Of a DNA stretch of 64,000 bases, positions 1-11,300 are shown piece after piece. The DNA is taken from NCBI GenBank assembly GCA_964057225.1, contig CAXKVF010000091.1:1-64000 (forward strand). The letters are read 5' to 3'. The notes below the pieces were generated by a model. That model had not been told where the DNA came from, made no database searches, and was given only the letters and a program-made list of their open reading frames with translations. A program made the translations under genes and the position numbers. Each line of letters begins with the position of its first letter. Positions within the stretch are counted from its first letter, which is position 1. The DNA comes from Auanema rhodensis. Lineage: Eukaryota; Animalia; Nematoda.

Positions 1-3000
1 CGGTTTTCAAAATTAGATTCCCCATGTCCATATTAGTCTAAAAACAAATTTTTATTGATATTGGTTCATGGTAACCATGACTTTGAAATTTACGTGAACT
101 TTAATTTATGCTAATTAAATGTACACGTGATGTGCACTTGGTATGTAACTCGCTTCAAGTGAAAGATAAAGAGATGCGGTTTTCAAAATTAGATTCCCCA
201 TGTCCATATTAGTCTAAAAACAAATTTTTATTGATATTGGTGCATGGTAACCATGACTTTGAAATTTACGTGAACTTTAATTTATGCTAATTAAATGTAC
301 ACGTGATGTGCACTTGGTATGTAACTCGCTTCACGTGAAAGATAAAGAGATGCGGTTTTCAAAATTAGATTCCCCATGTCCATATTAGTCTAAAAACAAA
401 TTTTTATTGATATTGGTGCATGGTAACCATGACTTTGAAATTTACGTGAACTTTAATTTATGCTAATTAAATGTACACGTGATGTGCACTTGGTATGTAA
501 CTCGCTTCACGTGAAAGATAACGAGATGCGGTTTTCAAAATTAGATTCCCCATGTCCATATTAGTCTAAAAACAAATTTTTATTGATATTGGTGCATGGT
601 AACCATGACTTTGAAATTTACGTGAACTTTAATTTATGCTAATTAAATGTACACGTGATGGGCACTTGGTATGTAACTCGCTTCACGTGAAAGATAAAGA
701 GATGCGGTTTTCAAAATTAGATTCCCCATGTCCATATTAGTCTAAAAACAAATTTTTATTGATATTGGTTCATGGTAACCATGACTTTGAAATTTACGTG
801 AACTTTAATTTATGCTAATTAAATGTACACGTGATGTGCACTTGGTATGTAACTCGCTTCACGTGAAAGATAAAGAGATGCGGTTTTCAAAATTAGATTC
901 CCCATGTCCATATTAGTCTAAAAACAAATTTTTATTGATATTGGTTCATGGTAACCATGACTTTGAAATTTACGTGAACTTTAATTTATGCTAATTAAAT
1001 GTACACGTGATGTGCACTTGGTATGTAACTCGCTTCACGTGAAAGATAAGGAGATGCGGTTTTCAAAATTAGATTCCCCATGTCCATATTAGTCTAAAAA
1101 CAAATTTTTATTGATATTGGTGCATGGTAACCATGACTTTGAAATTTACGTGAACTTTAATTTATGCTAATTAAATGTACACGTGATGGGCACTTGGTAT
1201 GTAACTCGCTTCACGTGAAAGATAAAGAGATGCGGTTTTCAAAATTAGATTCCCCATGTCCATATTAGTCTAAAAACAAATTTTTATTGATATTGGTTCA
1301 TGGTAACCATGACTTTGAAATTTACGTGAACTTTAATTTATGCTAATTAAATGTACACGTGATGTGCACTTGGTATGTAACTCGCTTCACGTGAAAGATA
1401 AAGAGATGCGGTTTTCAAAATTAGATTCCCCATGTCCATATTAGTCTAAAAACAAATTTTTATTGATATTGGTTCATGGTAACCATGACTTTGAAATTTA
1501 CGTGAACTTTAATTTATGCTAATTAAATGTACACGTGATGTGCACTTGGTATGTAACTCGCTTCACGTGAAAGATAAAGAGATGCGGTTTTCAAAATTAG
1601 ATTCCCCATGTCCATATTAGTCTAAAAACAAATTTTTATTGATATTGGTGCATGGTAACCATGACTTTGAAATTTACGTGAACTTTAATTTATGCTAATT
1701 AAATGTACACGTGATGTGCACTTGGTATGTAACTCGCTTCACGTGAAAGATAAAGAGATGCGGTTTTCAAAATTAGATTCCCCATGTCCATATTAGTCTA
1801 AAAACAAATTTTTATTGATATTGGTGCATGGTAACCATGACTTTGAAATTTACGTGAACTTTAATTTATGCTAATTAAATGTACACGTGATGTGCACTTG
1901 GTATGTAACTCGCTTCACGTGAAAGATAACGAGATGCGGTTTTCAAAATTAGATTCCCCATGTCCATATTAGTCTAAAAACAAATTTTTATTGATATTGG
2001 TGCATGGTAACCATGACTTTGAAATTTACGTGAACTTTAATTTATGCTAATTAAATGTACACGTGATGGGCACTTGGTATGTAACTCGCTTCACGTGAAA
2101 GATAAAGAGATGCGGTTTTCAAAATTAGATTCCCCATGTCCATATTAGTCTAAAAACAAATTTTTATTGATATTGGTTCATGGTAACCATGACTTTGAAA
2201 TTTACGTGAACTTTAATTTATGCTAATTAAATGTACACGTGATGTGCACTTGGTATGTAACTCGCTTCACGTGAAAGATAAAGAGATGCGGTTTTCAAAA
2301 TTAGATTCCCCATGTCCATATTAGTCTAAAAACAAATTTTTATTGATATTGGTTCATGGTAACCATGACTTTGAAATTTACGTGAACTTTAATTTATGCT
2401 AATTAAATGTACACGTGATGTGCACTTGGTATGTAACTCGCTTCACGTGAAAGATAAAGAGATGCGGTTTTCAAAATTAGATTCCCTATGTCCATATTAG
2501 TCTAAAAACAAATTTTTATTGATATTGGTGCATGGTAACCATGACTTTGAAATTTACGTGAACTTTAATTTATGCTAATTAAATGTACACGTGATGTGCA
2601 CTTGGTATGTAACTCGCTTCACGTGAAAGATAAAGAGATGCGGTTTTCAAAATTAGATTCCCCATGTCCATATTAGTCTTAAAACAAATTTTTATTGATA
2701 TTGGTTCATGGTAACCATGACTTTGAAATTTACGTGAACTTTAATTTATGCTAATTAAATGTACACGTGATGTGCACTTGGTATGTAACTCGCTTCACGT
2801 GAAAGATAAAGAGATGCGGTTTTCAAAATTAGATTCCCCATGTCCATATTAGTCTAAAAACAAATTTTTATTGATATTGGTGCATGGTAACCATGACTTT
2901 GAAATTTACGTGAACTTTAATTTATGCTAATTAAATGTACACGTGATGTGCACTTGGTATGTAACTCGCTTCACGTGAAAGATAAAAAGATGCGGTTTTC

Positions 3001-6000
3001 AAAATTAGATTCCCCATGTCCATATTAGTCTAAAAACAAATTTTTATTGATATTGGTGCATGGTAACCATGACTTTGAAATTTACGTGAACTTTAATTTA
3101 TGCTAATTAAATGTACACGTGATGTGCACTTGGTATGTAACTCGCTTCACGTGAAAGATAAAGAGATGCGGTTTTCAAAATTAGATTCCCCATGTCCATA
3201 TTAGTCTAAAAACAAATTTTTATTGATATTGGTGCATGGTAACCATGACTTTGAAATTTACGTGAACTTTAATTTATGCTAATTAAATGTACACGTGATG
3301 TGCACTTGGTATGTAACTCGCTTCACGTGAAAGATAAAAAGATGCGGTTTTCAAAATTAGATTCCCCATGTCCATATTAGTCTAAAAACAAATTTTTATT
3401 GATATTGGTGCATGGTAACCATGACTTTGAAATTTACGTGAACTTTAATTTATGCTAATTAAATGTACACGTGATGTGCACTTGGTATGTAACTCGCTTC
3501 ACGTGAAAGATAAAGAGATGCGGTTTTCAAAATTAGATTCCCCATGTCCATATTAGTCGAAAAACAAATTTTTATTGATATTGGTGCATGGTAACCATGA
3601 CTTTGAAATTTACGTGAACTTTAATTTATGCTAATTAAATGTACACGTGATGTGCACTTGGTATGTAACTCGCTTCACGTGAAAGATGAAGAGATGCGGT
3701 TTTTAAAATTAGATTCCCCATGTCCATATTAGTCTAAAAACAAATTTTTATTGATATTGGTGCATGGTAACCATGACTTTGAAATTTACGTGAACTTTAA
3801 TTTATGCTAATTAAATGTACACGTGATGTGCACTTGGTATGTAACTCGCTTCACGTGAAAGATAAAGAGATGCGGTTTTCAAAATTAGATTCCCCATGTC
3901 CATATTAGTCTAAAAACAAATTTTTATTGATATTGGTTCATGGTAACCATGACTTTGAAATTTACGTGAACTTTAATTTATGCTAATTAAATGTACACGT
4001 GATGTGCACTTGGTATGTAACTCGCTTCACGTGAAAGATAAAGAGATGCGGTTTTCAAAATTAGATTCCCCATGTCCATATTAGTCTAAAAACAAATTTT
4101 TATTGATATTGGTGCATGGTAACCATGACTTTGAAATTTACGTGAACTTTAATTTATGCTAATTAAATGTACACGTGATGTGCACTTGGTATGTAACTCG
4201 CTTCACGTGAAAGATAAAGAGATGCGGTTTTCAAAATTAGATTCCCCATGTCCATATTAGTCTAAAAACAAATTTTTATTGATATTGGTGCATGGTAACC
4301 ATGACTTTGAAATTTACGTGAACTTTAATTTATGCTAATTAAATGTACACGTGATGTGCACTTGGTATGTAACTCGCTTCACGTGAAAGATAAAGAGATG
4401 CGGTTTCCAAAATTAGATTCCCCATGTCCATATTAGTCTAAAAACAAATTTTTATTGATATTGGTTCATGGTAACCATGACTTTGAAATTTACGTGAACT
4501 TTAATTTATGCTAATTAAATGTACACGTGATGTGCACTTGGTATGTAACTCGCTTCACGTGAAAGATAAAGAGATGCGGTTTTCAAAATTAGATTCCCCA
4601 TGTCCATATTAGTCTAAAAACAAATTTTTATTGATATTGGTGCATGGTAACCATGACTTTGAAATTTACGTGAACTTTAATTTATGCTAATTAAATGTAC
4701 ACGTGATGTGCACTTGGTATGTAACTCGCTTCACGTGAAAGATAAAGAGATGCGGTTTTCAAAATTAGATTCCCCATGTCCATATTAGTCTAAAAACAAA
4801 TTTTTATTGATATTGGTTCATGGTAACCATGACTTTGAAATTTACGTGAACTTTAATTTATGCTAATTAAATGTACACGTGATGTGCACTTGGTATGTAA
4901 CTCGCTTCACGTGAAAGATAAAGAAATGCGGTTTTCAAAATTAGATTCCCCATGTCCATATTAGTCTAAAAACAAATTTTTATTGATATTGGTGCATGGT
5001 AACCATGACTTTGAAATTTACGTGAACTTTAATTTATGCTAATTAAATGTACACGTGATGTGCACTTGGTATGTAACTCGCTTCACGTGAAAGATAAAGA
5101 GATGCGGTTTTCAAAATTAGATTCCCCATGTCCATATTAGTCTAAAAACAAATTTTTATTGATATTGGTGCATGGTAACCATGACTTTGAAATTTACGTG
5201 AACTTTAATTTATGCTAATTAAATGTACACGTGATGTGCACTTGGTATGTAACTCGCTTCACGTGAAAGATAAAGAGATGCGGTTTTCAAAATTAGATTC
5301 CCCATGTCCATATTAGTCTAAAAACAAATTTTTATTGATATTGGTTCATGGTAACCATGACTTTGAAATTTACGTGAACTTTAATTTATGCTAATTAAAT
5401 GTACACGTGATGTGCACTTGGTATGTAACTCGCTTCACGTGAAAGATAAAGAGATGCGGTTTTCAAAATTAGATTCCCTATGTCCATATTAGTCTAAAAA
5501 CAAATTTTTATTGATATTGGTGCATGGTAACCATGACTTTGAAATTTACGTGAACTTTAATTTATGCTAATTAAATGTACACGTGATGTGCACTTGGTAT
5601 GTAACTCGCTTCACGTGAAAGATAAAGAGATGCGGTTTTCAAAATTAGATTCCCCATGTCCATATTAGTCTAAAAACAAATTTTTATTGATATTGGTTCA
5701 TGGTAACCATGACTTTGAAATTTACGTGAACTTTAATTTATGCTAATTAAATGTACACGTGATGTGCACTTGGTATGTAACTCGCTTCACGTGAAAGATA
5801 AAAAGATGCGGTTTTCAAAATTAGATTCCCCATGTCCATATTAGTCTAAAAACAAATTTTTATTGATATTGGTGCATGGTAACCATGACTTTGAAATTTA
5901 CGTGAACTTTAATTTATGCAAATTAAATGTACACGTGATGTGCACTTGGTATGTAACTCGCTTCACGTGAAAGATAAAGAGATGCGGTTTTCAAAATTAG

Positions 6001-7872
6001 ATTCCCCATGTCCATATTAGTCGAAAAACAAATTTTTATTGATATTGGTGCATGGTAACCATGACTTTGAAATTTACGTGAACTTTAATTTATGCTAATT
6101 AAATGTACACGTGATGTGCACTTGGTATGTAACTCGCTTCACGTGAAAGATGAAGAGATGCGGTTTTTAAAATTAGATTCCCCATGTCCATATTAGTCTA
6201 AAAACAAATTTTTATTGATATTGGTGCATGGTAACCATGACTTTGAAATTTACGTGAACTTTAATTTATGTTAATTAAATGTACACGTGATGTGCACTTG
6301 GTATGTAACTCGCTTCACGTGAAAGATAAAGAGATGCGGTTTTCAAAATTAGATTCCCCATGTCCATATTAGTCTAAAAACAAATTTTTATTGATATTGG
6401 TTCATGGTAACCATGACTTTGAAATTTACGTGAACTTTAATTTATGCTAATTAAATGTACACGTGATGTGCACTTGGTATGTAACTCGCTTCACGTGAAA
6501 GATAAAGAGATGCGGTTTTCAAAATTAGATTCCCCATGTCCATATTAGTCTAAAAACAAATTTTTATTGATATTGGTGCATGGTAACCATGACTTTGAAA
6601 TTTACGTGAACTTTAATTTATGCTAATTAAATGTACACGTGATGTGCACTTGGTATGTAACTCGCTTCACGTGAAAGATAAAGAGATGCGGTTTTCAAAA
6701 TTAGATTCCCCATGTCCATATTAGTCTAAAAACAAATTTTTATTGATATTGGTGCATGGTAACCATGACTTTGAAATTTACGTGAACTTTAATTTATGCT
6801 AATTAAATGTACACGTGATGTGCACTTGGTATGTAACTCGCTTCACGTGAAAGATAAAGAGATGCGGTTTCCAAAATTAGATTCCCCATGTCCATATTAG
6901 TCTAAAAACAAATTTTTATTGATATTGGTTCATGGTAACCATGACTTTGAAATTTACGTGAACTTTAATTTATGCTAATTAAATGTACACGTGATGTGCA
7001 CTTGGTATGTAACTCGCTTCACGTGAAAGATAAAGAGATGCGGTTTTCAAAATTAGATTCCCCATGTCCATATTAGTCTAAAAACAAATTTTTATTGATA
7101 TTGGTGCATGGTAACCATGACTTTGAAATTTACGTGAACTTTAATTTATGCTAATTAAATGTACACGTGATGTGCACTTGGTATGTAACTCGCTTCACGT
7201 GAAAGATAAAGAGATGCGGTTTTCAAAATTAGATTCCCCATGTCCATATTAGTCTAAAAACAAATTTTTATTGATATTGGTTCATGGTAACCATGACTTT
7301 GAAATTTACGTGAACTTTAATTTATGCTAATTAAATGTACACGTGATGTGCACTTGGTATGTAACTCGCTTCACGTGAAAGATAAAGAAATGCGGTTTTC
7401 AAAATTAGATTCCCCATGTCCATATTAGTCTAAAAACAAATTTTTATTGATATTGGTGCATGGTAACCATGACTTTGAAATTTACGTGAACTTTAATTTA
7501 TGCTAATTAAATGTACACGTGATGTGCACTTGGTATGTAACTCGCTTCACGTGAAAGATAAAGAGATGCGGTTTTCAAAATTAGATTCCCCATGTCCATA
7601 TTAGTCTAAAAACAAATTTTTATTGATATTGGTGCATGGTAACCATGAATTTGAAATTTACGTGAACTTTAATTTATGCTAATTAAATGTACACGTGATG
7701 TGCACTTGGTATGTAACTCGTTTCACGTGAAAGATAAAGAGATGCGGTTTTCAAAATTAGATTCCCCATGTCCATATTAGTCGAAAAACAAATTTTTATT
7801 GATATTGGTGCATGGTAACCATGACTTTGAAATTTACGTGAACTTTAATTTATGCTAATTAAATGTACACGT
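1..7872. repeat. 176-bp tandem satellite array, left arm (~44.7 monomers; continues beyond window start)
   Basis: The unit CGGTTTTCAAAATTAG...GATAAAGAGATG restarts at 1, 177, ... 2641 and 5281 (multiples of 176). Copies differ by only 0-3 substitutions. Consensus has 57/176 G+C (~32%). Confidence 0.99.
7854..7872 (+). repeat. Target-site duplication, left copy (GCTAATTAAATGTACACGT, 19 bp)
   Basis: Satellite runs to ...GTACACGT at 7872 and then diverges. The same 19-mer reopens the satellite at 12246. The last 1-2 nt may be microhomology with the element 3' end. Confidence 0.93.
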
Positions 7873-8363
7873 TTAATGTTTATTGTTGTTCAATATCACA
7901 GGTTAAGACAGTAGCTGTTAAGTCATGGAGTGAAAAAATCAAGAACCATTCAATAAGAACATAAAAAAGGACTTTTAATATTGTAAGTTCGATAAGAGCT
8001 CGCTTATCTATGATCAATAGTGAACAGTCTGCCAAATAAAATTCTTGCTGTATGCTTGGGGTTTGTTCAGCACAATGGCTGACCTCACTAATGTGGTTGT
8101 TAGGTACGGTGGTACTCGTGATGTGAGGCAAGCCCGTTCTAGCAATTTGGAGGTAACTAGCGTCCGATCCGTATGACTAATGTCTATAGGAATAGTGACG
8201 AAGTAACAATTATTGAGAAGGGACAAAGAAAAATAGATGGTAGACTGTTGCCATGTGGTCATAGAGAAGTGTGAAAAAATACGAACTACAAATAAAAAGG
8301 AGCCTGATAAAAGAAAAAAAAATAGTTTTTAGAGAGGTGAGAACATTAATTACAATGGATGGT
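7873..8363 (-). other. LINE 3' UTR (~490 nt) with a predicted structured core (~7987-8249) and U-rich segments
   Basis: Lies between the ORF2 stop (8364) and the left TSD. Many nested complementary segments were found by eye. Confidence 0.8.
7879..7884 (-). terminator. AATAAA polyadenylation-like signal at the element 3' terminus
   Basis: Minus strand ends ...GAACAACAATAAACATTAA, then target. No poly(A) tract follows, so this may instead be part of a terminal short repeat. Confidence 0.45.
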
Positions 8364-11300
8364 TTACAAATCAATTGGAGCAGAGAGCAGGTGTTTTTTA
8401 AAATTATGAACATTAGTAAGGTTGATAAGGTTTTCAGGTAGATCGTTCCATGTTTTGATGCTTCTGTACTCAATACCATTTCTTGTCGCCTTTTTCCGAA
8501 GCTCGGGATAGTCGATATTCCATTGGTGTCTGCGAAGAGAGTGGGTGAAATGTTTAATTTGAAAAATTCTTAAAATACTGTCCGTTGATACGTCTTTAAT
8601 TTGAGAGAAATAGAAACCTAGATCAGTTACCTGTCTCCTGGTTGATAGTTCTTGAGCATTCAAAAAAGTGAGCTGACTTTCGTAGTCGGAAAAAATTCCT
8701 GCTCTTGAGAAGACTGCTCGCAAGAATTTTTTTTGAACCATCTCAATACGAGATATTTTTTTAGATACTTGGGGAGACCATATCACGGATGCATATTCAA
8801 GGATTGGTCGAACGTAGCTGCAAAAAAGGTTGAACATAAATGAAGGTGATCTAGAGTAGAAGCAACGTAGAAGGATGCGACATTTGAGAGCTGCGGCGCA
8901 AGAGATGGCGTTTATGTGACAATCAAATGTTAGATTGTTATCAGTTAAGACTCCAAGGTCTTTATAATGAGGTACAAAGTCTAAAGGAAACTCACCAAAG
9001 GTAAATGGCTCGGTGGGGTTGAGGGTTGAGCTATTATTGCACACAATCATAATTTTGGATTTGGTGGTGTTGACCATCATTCCATTATTTTTGCACCAGG
9101 CGTTGATTGTGTTTAAGGCAATCTGTAGACTTACCGGATTAGTACTGTATAGTTTGAGATCATCGGCAAAAAGTGTAGGATGAACGTCTTCAGGGAGAGA
9201 AGACGTAATGTCATTAATGTAGAAAAGGAATAGAAGAGGACCGAGAACAGTGCCTTGTGGGACACCACAAGATAAGTTTACAGAAGTAGAAAGAGAACCA
9301 TTGACAAGAACTGAGTAAGATCTGCCAGTGATGAAGTTTTTGAGAAAAGTTTGAAGAGAACCGCAGATACCAATGGTTTTAAATTTGTGGAAAAGAACCG
9401 AGTGATCAATTAGATCAAAAGCTTTAGAGAAGTCTATAAAAGCAGTATAGACTGGAATGTTTTTATCTAAACATGATCTCCAGGCAATATGATTGTTAAT
9501 GATTGCTGATATGGTATTACGTTTAGGAAGAAAAGCGTGCTGGTGAGCAGATATAGATCCAGTAGAAATGCCAAAGTGGAGGAGCGGGGGTGAAATGAGT
9601 CGCTCAAAAACTTTGGAAAGACTTGGTGTTAATGATATAGGGCGATAGTTTGAAGGATTAGAGCGATTTCCAGATTTGAAAACAGGACGGATCCAAGCTT
9701 TCTTCCAGTCCGGAGGGCATGAAGAAGAAACGAGTAAATTGTGAAAAATGAAGGCAAGTGGGTAGCAAAGAGTAGAGGCGCACTGATTAAGAAAATAGTA
9801 GGGAATGCCATCAGAAGAAGTAGAAACTCTGAGAGGAAGATGAGAAAGAACTTTATAGACTTTTTCGGGAGAAATGTCTATAAAATCAATGATAGAAGAA
9901 GGGCGAGAGGAGCTGTTGATTAAATCCGATGAAATACTTGGTTTGACAGAAAAAGAGCTTGCAAAAATGGAAGCTTTTTCTGTGTCTGTCGAGTATATTT
10001 CTTCACCAAGTCTAATCGTGGGGATATCTGAAGAGCAACCACCGAGACGAGTTCTACAGAAGCGATAAAAAAGTTTGGGGTTATTGGTTGAAGCAATGTG
10101 TTCTTCTTCCAAAATAGACTTTTGTTTAATAAGTCTATCTAGTTTTATAGTTAGTTTTTTGCGGAGAAGCTCGTCACGGTGGCAAATAGATGAACTGAGC
10201 CTTTTGATGTAACAGTAGAGATCCGCAATATTGCGGTCAACTTTTTTTCTACGCCTAGGTTGTTTGTGAGGAACGAATACAGAGATTATGGATTGTAGGA
10301 TGTTGATGAATTTGGAGTAAGAGTCAAGAGGGGAAAGACCAGATAATACCAAAGAAAAGTCGATGCTGACAAGATGGCGATTGATGGCATTGAAGTCGGC
10401 TCGATAGAAATTGAGTTGAGAAAAGTTGGAAAGTGAGGAGGTATTGAAGAGTGTATTGGAAGAGAAAGGAAGGGTATCCAGAGGGGATACAGGGGTGTTG
10501 ATGATGATGGAGAATGTAACCGAGAAGTGATCGGAGTTACCCAATGGAGGGGAGCGTGATATATTAGATATGATTGAAGGATTGTTTGTGATAAGGTAGT
10601 CTAAAATGTTGTTACCACGTGTAGGAAAATTGACAAGTTGATCAGAGTGACTACTTTGGAGAAATTGAATAATTGATTTACTAGAAGGAGATGAGAGTGA
10701 GGACTGAAGAAGATCCCAATTGATATTAGGAAAGTTCAGGTCACCCGTAATAAAGAAAGAGCGGTTAGAAATATGACCATTGAGATCAGAAAGATAAGAA
10801 CAAAAATCAGAGTGAGAAGCAGTAGGGGAACGATAACAAACGGAGAAAACCGAGTTGTTAGAGGTTAGAAGGATGGTAACATATTGAACCGATGAAGAGA
10901 GGGGTGAGGAGGAGAGTAAAATTGAGTTAATTTGTTTTTTTAAGAACAAAAGAGTACCACCGCCGCGTGAAGAATGCTTGTCTGCTCTGAATATGTTGTA
11001 ATGATCATTTAGAGGAAGATGATCAGAAGAAAAATCAGAAAACAGCCAAGATTCCGATATGGCGATGATATCAGGGGATGAGATAGAATGAATGATTGTG
11101 AGGAAATGAAGTTTATTGAGAATAGAACGTGCATTGTAACAGTGGACTGATAGTTTAACAGGGACATGAGAAGAAAGCAAGCATGGTGAAGAAGCGGTTT
11201 TAACGAAAGGACATGTTGTTACAGGACCGAGATAAAGATGTTGTATCGGATCCGCTTCTTGATCTAGTAGGAAGTTCGGCAGTAGGCTTAACAGAGCGTG

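Noticed and set aside
1-176. CRISPR array, CENP-B box, or 5S/tRNA/SL RNA gene array as the identity of the repeat
   Set aside because: There are no unique spacers, no TTCG-N4-A-N2-CGGG motif, and no recognisable Pol III boxes, cloverleaf or leader-plus-Sm-site arrangement. I also do not recognise it as a named satellite family.
7878-7898. Similarity of the LINE 3' end (TTTATTGTTGTTCA) to satellite TTTATTGATATTGGTTCA
   Set aside because: Short, gapped and AT-rich, and not at the insertion position, so it is likely chance.
8040-8150. Hammerhead or HDV-like ribozyme in the 3' UTR three-way junction
   Set aside because: No CUGANGA/GAAA core in the right positions on either strand, and no HDV nested pseudoknot was identifiable by eye.
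7880-8479. Three short minus-strand ORFs (82-89 aa) over the 3' UTR
   Set aside because: They overlap each other in different frames, have composition driven by U-rich sequence and show no motifs. The region is better explained as UTR.
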